Shown here one piece after another: positions 8,830 to 15,806 of a stretch of DNA of 15,806 nucleotides. Origin of the DNA: a virus (taxonomy: Duplodnaviria; Heunggongvirae; Uroviricota; Caudoviricetes). The position numbers were made by a program, and so were the translations under genes. The number at the start of each line of letters is the position of its first letter. The stretch's first letter is position 1. The notes below the pieces were generated by a model. It made no database searches. It had not been told where the DNA came from and saw nothing but the letters and a program-made list of their open reading frames with translations. Location of the stretch: the IMG/VR virus record IMGVR_UViG_2623620496_000009; one strand, given 5' to 3'.

Positions 8830-10002
8830 TTACGCGCTGACCTGGCTGGAGAAATTCACCAGGTACTGATCGGTGATGCGCTGACGCAGCATCAGGTTTT
8901 CAAGTGGCGGCACTGGTGTGTAGTCGTAGTCGATGGTGAGTTTTCCAGCTTTCAGAGTGTCTTTGTCGTTCACCGACTCATCCAGCCAGCAATCGCCACC
9001 AATGAGATAGCCCTGACTGATCAGGCTGCGCATTTTGGCGCGGATACCTTCGATAATGTCGCGGGCCAGCGACGGATTCAGCGGTTTGTCGACAGCCCAC
9101 ATTGGCGCTTCTGCCATCGTGTCCATCAGCACCTGCGCCGTGCGGGTGTTGTTTTCGAAGGCAAAGAGTGGGTCATCACTCAGACAGCGGGAACCCCAGA
9201 AGCGAAAGCCGTCTTTGCGGATAAGTGTGGTAACATCGTTCTGGTTAAGCAGTCCCGCATCAGTTGCCGGGTCCTGCAGATCCCAGAACACATCAGCAGA
9301 AATTCCAGTGACACCGTTCACGCCCACGTTGGACAGGCTTTTGTGCCACCCTGTCTGCTCATCAATTTTGGCACGCAGACCAAGCGCACGGGCGGTGGCA
9401 TATGCCGTTGCGTCGGCATTCAGCACCGTGTCCCAACCAGTAAAGTCAGGCCAAATCAGCATCCCTTCACGCTGACTGAAGTTTTCACGGTAAGTGATCG
9501 CCTCCTGCACCGTCTTGCAGCCATACGCTGACAGGTAAGCAAACCCACGCAGGCTTTGCGCCACGCCCAGCAACTCAGTAGCAACGGCTTTATTATCGTG
9601 CCCCGGCACGCCGAGGATGCGCGGTTTAACACCGAGCTGTGACTGGGCAGATAACAGGGCTTTCATACCAGTTTTTTTACCTTCAGCAGTCACTGCGCCG
9701 ATGATATTGGTCGTGGTTTCTTCTTCCGTTTCACCCTGCGGCACACGCACAACAACGGTCACGGGTTTTGCCTGGTCAGCGATGGCATCCAGCGAGCGGG
9801 CCAGCGTACCGGATTCACCCGCCTTACCGCTGGCAGTAAGCACATCAGTGATTAGCACGGGTTTATTAAGAGGGAACATTTTTGCATCGGCATCATCGCC
9901 CGTGCAGACCATGCCCACGATGGCGGTGCTCACCGTGGTAATGGATCGAGTGCCTTCGTTGACTTCAACAACGCGCACTCCGTGGTGGTAATCCTGAGCC
10001 AT
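8830..10002 (-). CDS. FI: Contractile tail sheath protein FI
   Basis: 390-aa ORF with strong resemblance to P2 gpFI ([19 protein letters not shown]..., [13 protein letters not shown]). An AGGAGG Shine-Dalgarno sequence lies 9 nt upstream of the ATG. Confidence 0.95.
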   Translation of the reverse strand: MAQDYHHGVRVVEVNEGTRSITTVSTAIVGMVCTGDDADAKMFPLNKPVLITDVLTASGKAGESGTLARSLDAIADQAKPVTVVVRVPQGETEEETTTNIIGAVTAEGKKTGMKALLSAQSQLGVKPRILGVPGHDNKAVATELLGVAQSLRGFAYLSAYGCKTVQEAITYRENFSQREGMLIWPDFTGWDTVLNADATAYATARALGLRAKIDEQTGWHKSLSNVGVNGVTGISADVFWDLQDPATDAGLLNQNDVTTLIRKDGFRFWGSRCLSDDPLFAFENNTRTAQVLMDTMAEAPMWAVDKPLNPSLARDIIEGIRAKMRSLISQGYLIGGDCWLDESVNDKDTLKAGKLTIDYDYTPVPPLENLMLRQRITDQYLVNFSSQVSA

Positions 10003-10078
10003 AGTGGCGAACCTCCTGATTGGATTAGGCTTCGCCCTATGTTGAAGTGATTGTGTCTGACAAGCAGCTAAGCGCAGT

Positions 10079-10096
10079 TGTACCGTTATTCACACA
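10079..10096 (-). promoter_or_regulatory. Candidate Ogr-type activator site (TGT-N12-ACA) of a PF-like late promoter
   Basis: TGTaccgttattcacACA lies in the 106-bp spacer between the tail fibre assembly gene and FI, centred about 85 bp upstream of the FI ATG. No convincing -10 hexamer was found by eye. Confidence 0.35.
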
Positions 10097-10108
10097 AAAT
10101 GACGGTAT

Positions 10109-10522
10109 TTATCTGCTTGCAGGGAAAACAGGCCAAATAATATCAGGTGCGGTGCTGGTATCTGTTGCCGTCACAGCCTCGATATAATCCAGCACAACGT
10201 TAAGTCGGGTAGTTTCCTCTTGCGTCAGTTTGCGCCCGGCCTGCAGCTTTAACTGAATCACGCTGATATTGACCATTGCTGCGTCTATCAACGACTGTTT
10301 TTTCTGTTCAGCGTCAGCTACCAGTTCATCATGAGAACGTTCCGGAGTGGGTGGTGCAGTAAATACCCCGTCTGAATACGCCCAGCCGATTCCGGGCTGC
10401 TCACTGATATCAGAAATATTAATGAGCTGCAGATTATCCGGCACAGTGAATTCATCCTCGCCATCCCAGACAATGACATTCACAACCATCCCATTTTCAA
10501 TAACTGCATATGACGCATTCAT
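10109..10522 (-). CDS. G: Tail fibre assembly protein (Caudovirales Tfa family), in the P2 G position
   Basis: 137-aa product from the ATG at 10520-10522, preceded by GAGGAG. The C-terminus ...DTSTAPDIIWPVFP is the characteristic Tfa ending. The start overlaps the H stop (TAATG). The six-frame ORF extends 8 codons further to a TTG. Confidence 0.85.
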   Translation of the reverse strand: MNASYAVIENGMVVNVIVWDGEDEFTVPDNLQLINISDISEQPGIGWAYSDGVFTAPPTPERSHDELVADAEQKKQSLIDAAMVNISVIQLKLQAGRKLTQEETTRLNVVLDYIEAVTATDTSTAPDIIWPVFPASR

Positions 10523-12441
10523 TATGCAAACTCCTCGATAATACAAACCCCATCAGCACCTTTCCCGCCCGTCATACTGGTTCCGCTATAACCTGCATCG
10601 TATGCACCACCTCCGCCTGAACCAAATGCCCTGCCTCTAACGCCACCGCCAGCGCCTGCGCGTCCACCGCCACCCCAGTACGATGTTCCGCCTTCACCGC
10701 TGACGCCGATATTTCCGGACTGACCGTCGCCTCCATCTCCACCAGTGATGCGGATATCGCCAGTACTCGGCACACCTCCGTTACCGCCGTTTGTGTTTGT
10801 AACACCCACTTTCCCGCCACCTTCGCCACCAGGAGCAATTAACGATGCGAATACGCTATTCCCGCCCCTGGTGCCGTTCGTTGCACTAACACCACCGGCC
10901 CCACCTGCGCCGATAGTGACTGGATAACTATTCTGTGTCGGGGTCATTATTGAAATTATTGTTCCACCGGCCCCACCGCCAGCACCGAAAAACGTTTCAT
11001 TATTGGATGTAGCCTTGCAGCCGCCCCCTCCGCCACCGCCGCCCGTTATTGTGACCCTGATCCGTTTTGTTTCTGGTGATGGGGTATACGTACCTGATGA
11101 CGCGAAAGCCCGGGTACTCAGCCGGCGTCCCACGTATCCGCTTGTATCTCCCAAACCAAGATAACGAATAACCTCCTGTTTGCTTGTTTTAGCCAGAATA
11201 TCCCGTCCAACATTAGTCAGGGTTGTCAGGCTGGCTGTATCATTCCCCGTAAAATACGGTAGTTTGTCTGCCGCAGTGGCAAGGCCTGCCAGTGCGGTCA
11301 GTGTGGCGTCGGCAGGTTGTTTTCCATTGGCAAGGTCATATACAGCCTTCACAGCTTTTGGTGTGGCAGCCTGCGTTTCTGACGTGCTGTTAGTGGCGCT
11401 GCTGAGTTGCACGGTACCTTTTACCGTCAGTGAAGCTGCAGGCACATCCGTTATCTGGCTCCACGGGTGCGTGTGACTGACAGGTGCCTTACCTGCTGCA
11501 AGGTCATATGCCGCCTTCACTGCCTTTGGTGTGGCAGCCTGCGTTTCTGACGTGCTGTTAGTGGCGCTGCTGAGTTGCACGGTGCCTTTTACCGTCAGTG
11601 AAGCTGCAGGCACATCCGTTATCTGATTCCACGGGTGTGTGTGACTGACAGGTGCCTTACCTGCTGCAAGGTCATATACAGCCTTCACTGCCTTTGGAGT
11701 GGCAGCCTGCGTTTCTGATGTGCTGTTAGTGGCGCTGCTGAGTTGCACGGTGCCTTTTACCGTCAGCGAGGCTGCAGGTACACCTGTTATCTGATTCCAC
11801 GGGTGTGTGTGACTGGCGGATGCTTTACCTGCTGCAAGATCATATGCAGCCTTCACAGCCTTCGGTGTTGCGGCCAGTATTTCGGATTCACTGTTGGTCG
11901 CACTGCTTAACTGAGTAAAACCTTTTGCGGTCAGCGAGGCGTCCGGGTGACGTCGTGACTGTTCGTGCTCTGATATTTTGTCATCCACATACTTGCGGGT
12001 TGCCAGCACTACAGCAGGGTCGATTTTCAGGATGATATTGTCCGTACTGCTGGTAATCAGCACCATGCGCACGGTCTGGGTACGCCCACTGCCTTCAGCC
12101 AGTTGCGGCTTATAGCTTTCCGGGCAGTTACCCACGGCAATCAATGCCCCGGACTCATCAAACAAGCCCACTTCACGTATCCACCAACCGCCCTCGTTTT
12201 CAGGGATCACCTGTTCAGCAATAATCTGGCTGCTGTTCTGCGGGTCGATATAAAGCATATTCAGCGCAGCCCGGCGTTTCTCATTTACCAGTGCCGTCTG
12301 CTTTGCGTCCGGCGTTGGCAATACTCCGCCGCCATCGCCCACCGCCATATGGGTAATTTTTAGCGGCACACCGAGCGCGGCGGCGCTGGCAAGTTTCGCC
12401 GCGCCAATATCCGTCAGCAGGGTATAAAATTTTGTGCTCAT
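10522..12441 (-). CDS. H: Tail fibre protein (P2 gpH-like N-terminus, Phage_fiber_2-type repeats, Gly-rich C-terminal domain)
   Basis: 639-aa ORF. The N-terminal ~165 aa resemble the P2 H baseplate-attachment region. It is followed by four tandem ~56-aa repeats (LSSATNSTSETQAATPKAVKA...HTHPWNQIT) and a glycine-rich C-terminal third. Confidence 0.9.
   Translation of the reverse strand: MSTKFYTLLTDIGAAKLASAAALGVPLKITHMAVGDGGGVLPTPDAKQTALVNEKRRAALNMLYIDPQNSSQIIAEQVIPENEGGWWIREVGLFDESGALIAVGNCPESYKPQLAEGSGRTQTVRMVLITSSTDNIILKIDPAVVLATRKYVDDKISEHEQSRRHPDASLTAKGFTQLSSATNSESEILAATPKAVKAAYDLAAGKASASHTHPWNQITGVPAASLTVKGTVQLSSATNSTSETQAATPKAVKAVYDLAAGKAPVSHTHPWNQITDVPAASLTVKGTVQLSSATNSTSETQAATPKAVKAAYDLAAGKAPVSHTHPWSQITDVPAASLTVKGTVQLSSATNSTSETQAATPKAVKAVYDLANGKQPADATLTALAGLATAADKLPYFTGNDTASLTTLTNVGRDILAKTSKQEVIRYLGLGDTSGYVGRRLSTRAFASSGTYTPSPETKRIRVTITGGGGGGGGCKATSNNETFFGAGGGAGGTIISIMTPTQNSYPVTIGAGGAGGVSATNGTRGGNSVFASLIAPGGEGGGKVGVTNTNGGNGGVPSTGDIRITGGDGGDGQSGNIGVSGEGGTSYWGGGGRAGAGGGVRGRAFGSGGGGAYDAGYSGTSMTGGKGADGVCIIEEFA
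11326..11940 (-). repeat. Tandem 168-bp in-frame coding repeats in the tail fibre gene (three full copies plus one partial)
   Basis: Near-identical DNA units, e.g. gccttcac[a/t]gc[t/c]tttgg[t/a]gtggcagcctgcgtttctga[c/t]gtgctgttagtggcgctgctgagttgcacggt, recurring about every 168 bp. Confidence 0.85.
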
Positions 12442-13043
12442 GGATTCACTCTCATTGTGTCAATAACATGGACCGCCCCGCCTTCATGCGCGGTGCCACC
12501 GGAAATAATCGTTTCGTTGATATACGGATAGATCGTGATTTCTTCGCCAAGATAGCTGGCGGCTCCCACCCAATGCGGGCCGCTGGTCTGCAGATTGATG
12601 GACATGCCGATCATGTGGCGGCTACATGGTTTGGCATCGCTTATCAGTCGCTCAAGTTCCAGATAGGTATCTTCAGTGATACCCTGGTCCTGCACGCCGA
12701 TATCCAGGCGAAACGTGCCCGGTGCCTCTCCGGTCTGCCACCACTCAATAATGCGGATCAGAAAGCCGAACGGCTCCACCACCCGCCGCACGGCACTGGT
12801 GGTCCCTTTATGCTGATGAATATAAAAAGCATCCTTCACCACCTGGCGCTTGACGCTTTCTGTCCAGCCCTCGTCCCAGCGATCTACAGAGAACGCCCAG
12901 GCGAGATAAGGCAGGAAACTGACCGGACAGGTTGCCGGATTCCACAAGTCACGAAGCGGCACCTGCAGATCAGAAATCCCGCTGCAGGTTTGCGCCAGTC
13001 GGCGCTCCAGTGGTGTTGAACCCGGTGGCAGCAGACTATTCAT
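12438..13043 (-). CDS. I: Baseplate protein I
   Basis: 201-aa ORF recognised as a P2 gpI homolog (conserved LWNPATCP...LPYLAWAFSVDRWDE). Its start overlaps the J stop by 8 bp. Confidence 0.85.
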   Translation of the reverse strand: MNSLLPPGSTPLERRLAQTCSGISDLQVPLRDLWNPATCPVSFLPYLAWAFSVDRWDEGWTESVKRQVVKDAFYIHQHKGTTSAVRRVVEPFGFLIRIIEWWQTGEAPGTFRLDIGVQDQGITEDTYLELERLISDAKPCSRHMIGMSINLQTSGPHWVGAASYLGEEITIYPYINETIISGGTAHEGGAVHVIDTMRVNP

Positions 13044-13944
13044 CCGTTCCTCCGTTGGTTACGCTCCACTGCGTACATGATGCCGCCTGTGTTTTGTTCA
13101 GGACCACATCCTCCAGAGGAGAAGCCAGCTCCACACGCTGCACACCCTCAACATGCAGGGCGGCAAAGATGGCGCTACGGCGAATATCCCGACCAAGACG
13201 CGTCTGACTGGCGATGTACTTCTGCAGGCTGGCTTTTGCCGCTGCCATTACCGGCTCTGCTTCCGGTCCAGGATAGAGAAAAATGGTGGCTTCCACGCGA
13301 TACGGGATGATTTCTGCGCTGCGAACCGTAAGACGGTCAGCCACCGGGCGGACGTTCTCACTGTTCAGAGCTTTTTCCACCACGTCCAGCAGGTCTTTTT
13401 CTGCAGTTCCGTCGCCTTCGCGGCTAAGGACAGTCAGCACCACCTCTGCAGGTGCCGGGCTGGTTGCACTGGCATCCGCCACCCGACCGTCGGCGCTTCG
13501 GGCATGAAATTCATAAGCTGCAGTTGGCCCCGCAACTGAAAGCCCTTCAAAGGCTGCAGGCACACGCAGGCGTAACGCTTCATCGCTTTCCATCACAGCT
13601 GCAACGGGCGGCACAGCGTCATTATCAGCAGGCGTCACCGTCAGGCGTTTCACGTTGTAGTTGGCAGCGAGCTGGTCAAGATCGCTGCCCATCGCGTAAG
13701 CCACCATCACAGCCTGCGCGGCTTCGTTAATGCGCTGGCGCAGAAGCAACTCACGGTAAGCGTTCTCCTGCAGCAATTTGGTGACGGGTTCAGATTCCAG
13801 TTCCAGCGTGCGGATCACTGCTTCCTGCTCATCTTTCGGATGAAGCGCAACAAATCCGGCCTTGCGTTCGGCAAGCAGCGTCTCAAAGTCCGGCACATCC
13901 ACAATCTGCGGCGCAGGCAACTGCGAAAGGTCAATCACTGCCAT
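13036..13944 (-). CDS. J: Baseplate protein J
   Basis: 302-aa product from the ATG at 13942-13944 (MAVIDLSQLP...), preceded by AGGAG. This matches the P2 gpJ length as recalled. The six-frame ORF extends 13 codons further upstream. Confidence 0.9.
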   Translation of the reverse strand: MAVIDLSQLPAPQIVDVPDFETLLAERKAGFVALHPKDEQEAVIRTLELESEPVTKLLQENAYRELLLRQRINEAAQAVMVAYAMGSDLDQLAANYNVKRLTVTPADNDAVPPVAAVMESDEALRLRVPAAFEGLSVAGPTAAYEFHARSADGRVADASATSPAPAEVVLTVLSREGDGTAEKDLLDVVEKALNSENVRPVADRLTVRSAEIIPYRVEATIFLYPGPEAEPVMAAAKASLQKYIASQTRLGRDIRRSAIFAALHVEGVQRVELASPLEDVVLNKTQAASCTQWSVTNGGTDE

Positions 13945-14290
13945 TCTCTGCTCCTGTTGATACTGAAAGGGACACAGGCACACCGTTATTCCGCCGCCCG
14001 GTCAGCTCCACCACCATTGAACCGTCAAAATTGCTGTTAATAGTGATGGAATCCAGCGTCAGCCGTGGCTCCCAGCGACTCAGTGCCACATACACAGCCG
14101 ACATAACCTGCAGGCGTAACGCCGGATTTTGTGGCTGATCTATCAGTGCCGACAGCAGGGAACCATATTCCCGACGGGCAATGCGGCTACCCTGCGGCGT
14201 CAGCAGAATGTCCCGCACCGACTGGCGCAGATGGTCAATATCAGTAATGGCTTTACCGTTGGTATTGTTCATCCCGCTATAAAGCGTCAT
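13931..14290 (-). CDS. W: Baseplate wedge protein W (GPW/gp25 family)
   Basis: 119-aa ORF, P2 gpW-like. Its ATG overlaps the V stop (ATGA). Confidence 0.85.
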   Translation of the reverse strand: MTLYSGMNNTNGKAITDIDHLRQSVRDILLTPQGSRIARREYGSLLSALIDQPQNPALRLQVMSAVYVALSRWEPRLTLDSITINSNFDGSMVVELTGRRNNGVPVSLSVSTGAENGSD

Positions 14291-14865
14291 ACCGGGCCTC
14301 CGGTTGTGTCGCCGCCTTTCAGGACGCCAGTATGCTGATGCGCATCAACCACGATCCCGTTAGAACTCATTGCTCCGCCACCCTGGGTAACGCCACCATT
14401 GATCACCACTTCGCTGTTAATGCGCGTGCGGTCAGCCTCCAGTACAAACTCACTGGTTTTCATGGTGATGTTGTCAGCGGCCTCAATGACCATTGATTTG
14501 ATGCCCCTGACATACCAGCGCCCGGTGGCGGGTTCATATTCAAACCAGCCACCGTCCGGGTATTCCGTCACGTTGCCGTCCTCAGAGCCTGAAGGTGGCG
14601 GAAACTGGTTTGAGTAGACCGCAGGCAGGGCAAACGCGGTTTCCAGATTGCCGCCAAGGCTGAACAGCACAACCTGCTCACCCACAGACGGTTTCCACCA
14701 GGTGCGCGATTTGCCCGCGCGCAGTGTCAGCCAGTTAATCCAGTTGGTTTCGAGGTCGCCAGTTTTCACCCGACACAGCCAGTTTGCCCTGTCCACTTCG
14801 GTGACTACACCTGTGCGGATCAGGTTGGTGATAAGGCGCATGATTTCGGTTAATTGTGCGTTCAT
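14287..14865 (-). CDS. V: Baseplate spike/hub assembly protein V
   Basis: 192-aa ORF, P2 gpV-like (MNAQLTEIMRLITNLIRTGVVTEVD...). It is the first gene of the V-W-J-I-H-G block. Confidence 0.9.
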   Translation of the reverse strand: MNAQLTEIMRLITNLIRTGVVTEVDRANWLCRVKTGDLETNWINWLTLRAGKSRTWWKPSVGEQVVLFSLGGNLETAFALPAVYSNQFPPPSGSEDGNVTEYPDGGWFEYEPATGRWYVRGIKSMVIEAADNITMKTSEFVLEADRTRINSEVVINGGVTQGGGAMSSNGIVVDAHQHTGVLKGGDTTGGPV

Positions 14866-14911
14866 AGGGAAAGGTTGCCATCAATAGCAAGCAGTAGACA
14901 GCCTTTGTAAT

Positions 14912-14929
14912 TGTATTAGACATAGAACA
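14912..14929 (-). promoter_or_regulatory. Possible Ogr-type dyad (TGT-N12-ACA) upstream of V
   Basis: TGTattagacatagaACA is centred about 55 bp upstream of the V ATG. That spacing is unusual if the dyad sits near -55 from the transcription start, so this may be a chance match. Confidence 0.25.
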
Positions 14930-15085
14930 AATGCCTTTCAATGGTCTGCGTTAGAGCATTAATACGTTGCAAAAGGTCGAATGACGTTGCGCAAGTTAAG
15001 AAGTTCAATGCTCTTAAAAAAGCACTTGAAAGCAACGCCTTTAATTATTAAAAGCCAATTAATTTAGGCGGTTACTATGTTATCT

Positions 15086-15114
15086 TTGACACAAAAGATG
15101 TTTATTGACAATAT
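15086..15114 (+). promoter_or_regulatory. Candidate sigma70 promoter for the DUF262 gene
   Basis: TTGACA (15086-15091), a 17-bp spacer, then CAATAT (15109-15114). A second TTGACA lies at 15105-15110. An AAGGAG Shine-Dalgarno sequence at 15131-15136 sits 7 nt before the ATG. Confidence 0.35.
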
Positions 15115-15143
15115 ATAAGTTCAATCTAACAAGGAGAAAAATT

Positions 15144-15806
15144 ATGCCAAATGAAAATCTTGATATTGACTCAAGGACTACCGAGCAATTATACGAATGG
15201 TATTTGCAAGGAAATTTGATAGTCAATAGACGTTATCAAAGGAAACTTGTATGGTCTCTAGAAGAAAAGACTTCTTTAATATCTTCTATGCTGCAACAAT
15301 ATCCTATTCCGTTATTATTATTTGTTACCATCAATGAACAAAGAGAAATATTGGATGGAATGCAAAGATTAGAAGCAATTATGAGCTTCATCGAACAGAG
15401 ATTTTCATTAGATGGACAATATTTTGATTTGGACTCTATAGCTTTAACAAAACAACTTAAAGATAATGGAACTTTAATTCAGAAAGAACCAATCCTTTCC
15501 CGTGATTCTTCAGCAATTATTGCACGTTATCGATTTGCAATATCAGAATATAGCTCCACAAATGAAAATATTGACGAAGTATTCAGACGAATAAACTCAA
15601 ACGGGAAGATTTTATCCAAACAAGAATTACGTAGTGCAGGAACAGTTAGTAACTTCTCTGAACTGGTCAGATCGATATCAACATCGATCAGAGGTGATAC
15701 TAGCCATTCTGACATTATGAATCTCGGTAATGACTCCAACTTACTGATAGTGTTTTATGTTCAGATAATGCCCGATGACTTTGTCATGCAGCTCCACCGA
15801 TTTTGA
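15144..15806 (+). CDS. DUF262 / ParB-like nuclease-superfamily protein (GmrSD N-terminal-type domain), 220 aa
   Basis: ATG at 15144 with a strong RBS. Motifs read directly from the translation: YQRKLVW, QQYPIP, ILDGMQRL (DGQQR-like), and FRRINSNGKILSKQELRSA (the second DUF262 signature). The gene is AT-rich and divergent from the phage V operon. Its stop codon is the last three bases of the window. Confidence 0.7.
   Translation: MPNENLDIDSRTTEQLYEWYLQGNLIVNRRYQRKLVWSLEEKTSLISSMLQQYPIPLLLFVTINEQREILDGMQRLEAIMSFIEQRFSLDGQYFDLDSIALTKQLKDNGTLIQKEPILSRDSSAIIARYRFAISEYSSTNENIDEVFRRINSNGKILSKQELRSAGTVSNFSELVRSISTSIRGDTSHSDIMNLGNDSNLLIVFYVQIMPDDFVMQLHRF

Larger units (their letters stand above)
2856..14865 (-). 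mobile_element. P2-like prophage, right arm (ogr and the late tail/baseplate operons); extends beyond the annotated genes and probably beyond the window
   Basis: Thirteen consecutive minus-strand genes whose products and order match P2 (V W J I H G FI FII E T U D ogr), with ogr at the outer end as at the P2 attR side. Confidence 0.9.

Noticed and set aside
11326-11940. Possible CRISPR array suggested by the regular direct repeats
   Set aside because: The repeats are about 168 bp, tandem with no spacers, and in frame within the tail fibre ORF, where they encode protein repeats. This is not a CRISPR architecture.
12432-13019. 195-aa plus-strand ORF opposite baseplate gene I
   Set aside because: It fully overlaps the recognised I gene on the other strand; likely a six-frame artefact.
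14941-15063. 40-aa plus-strand small ORF (MVCVRALIRCKRS...) in the V / DUF262 intergenic region
   Set aside because: No Shine-Dalgarno sequence upstream, and it overlaps the repeat and promoter-like motifs; it cannot be supported from sequence alone.
15527-15739. 70-aa minus-strand ORF inside the DUF262 gene
   Set aside because: It is antisense to a gene with clear conserved motifs and a strong RBS.

Overview
The window holds three Escherichia coli-type chromosomal genes, grxA (+), ybjM (-) and ybjL (+), at 1-2620, followed by the right arm of a P2-like prophage at about 2.86-14.87 kb. All prophage genes are on the minus strand in P2 late-operon order: ogr, D, U, T, E (with an E+E' frameshift product), FII, FI, a tail fibre assembly gene (G position), tail fibre H, I, J, W, V. 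Adjacent genes show the short start/stop overlaps typical of translational coupling. The prophage/host junction (attR) must lie in the ORF-free stretch 2621-2855; no tRNA is visible there. Immediately upstream of the V start codon (14865) the DNA becomes visibly AT-rich and carries a divergently transcribed gene (15144-15806, +) for a DUF262 / ParB-like protein, sitting where P2 would have genes S and R. This is the best candidate in the window for the edge of an accessory or anti-phage locus; the rest of it would lie beyond the window. All identifications come from reading the translated ORFs and the DNA by eye; no database search was run.
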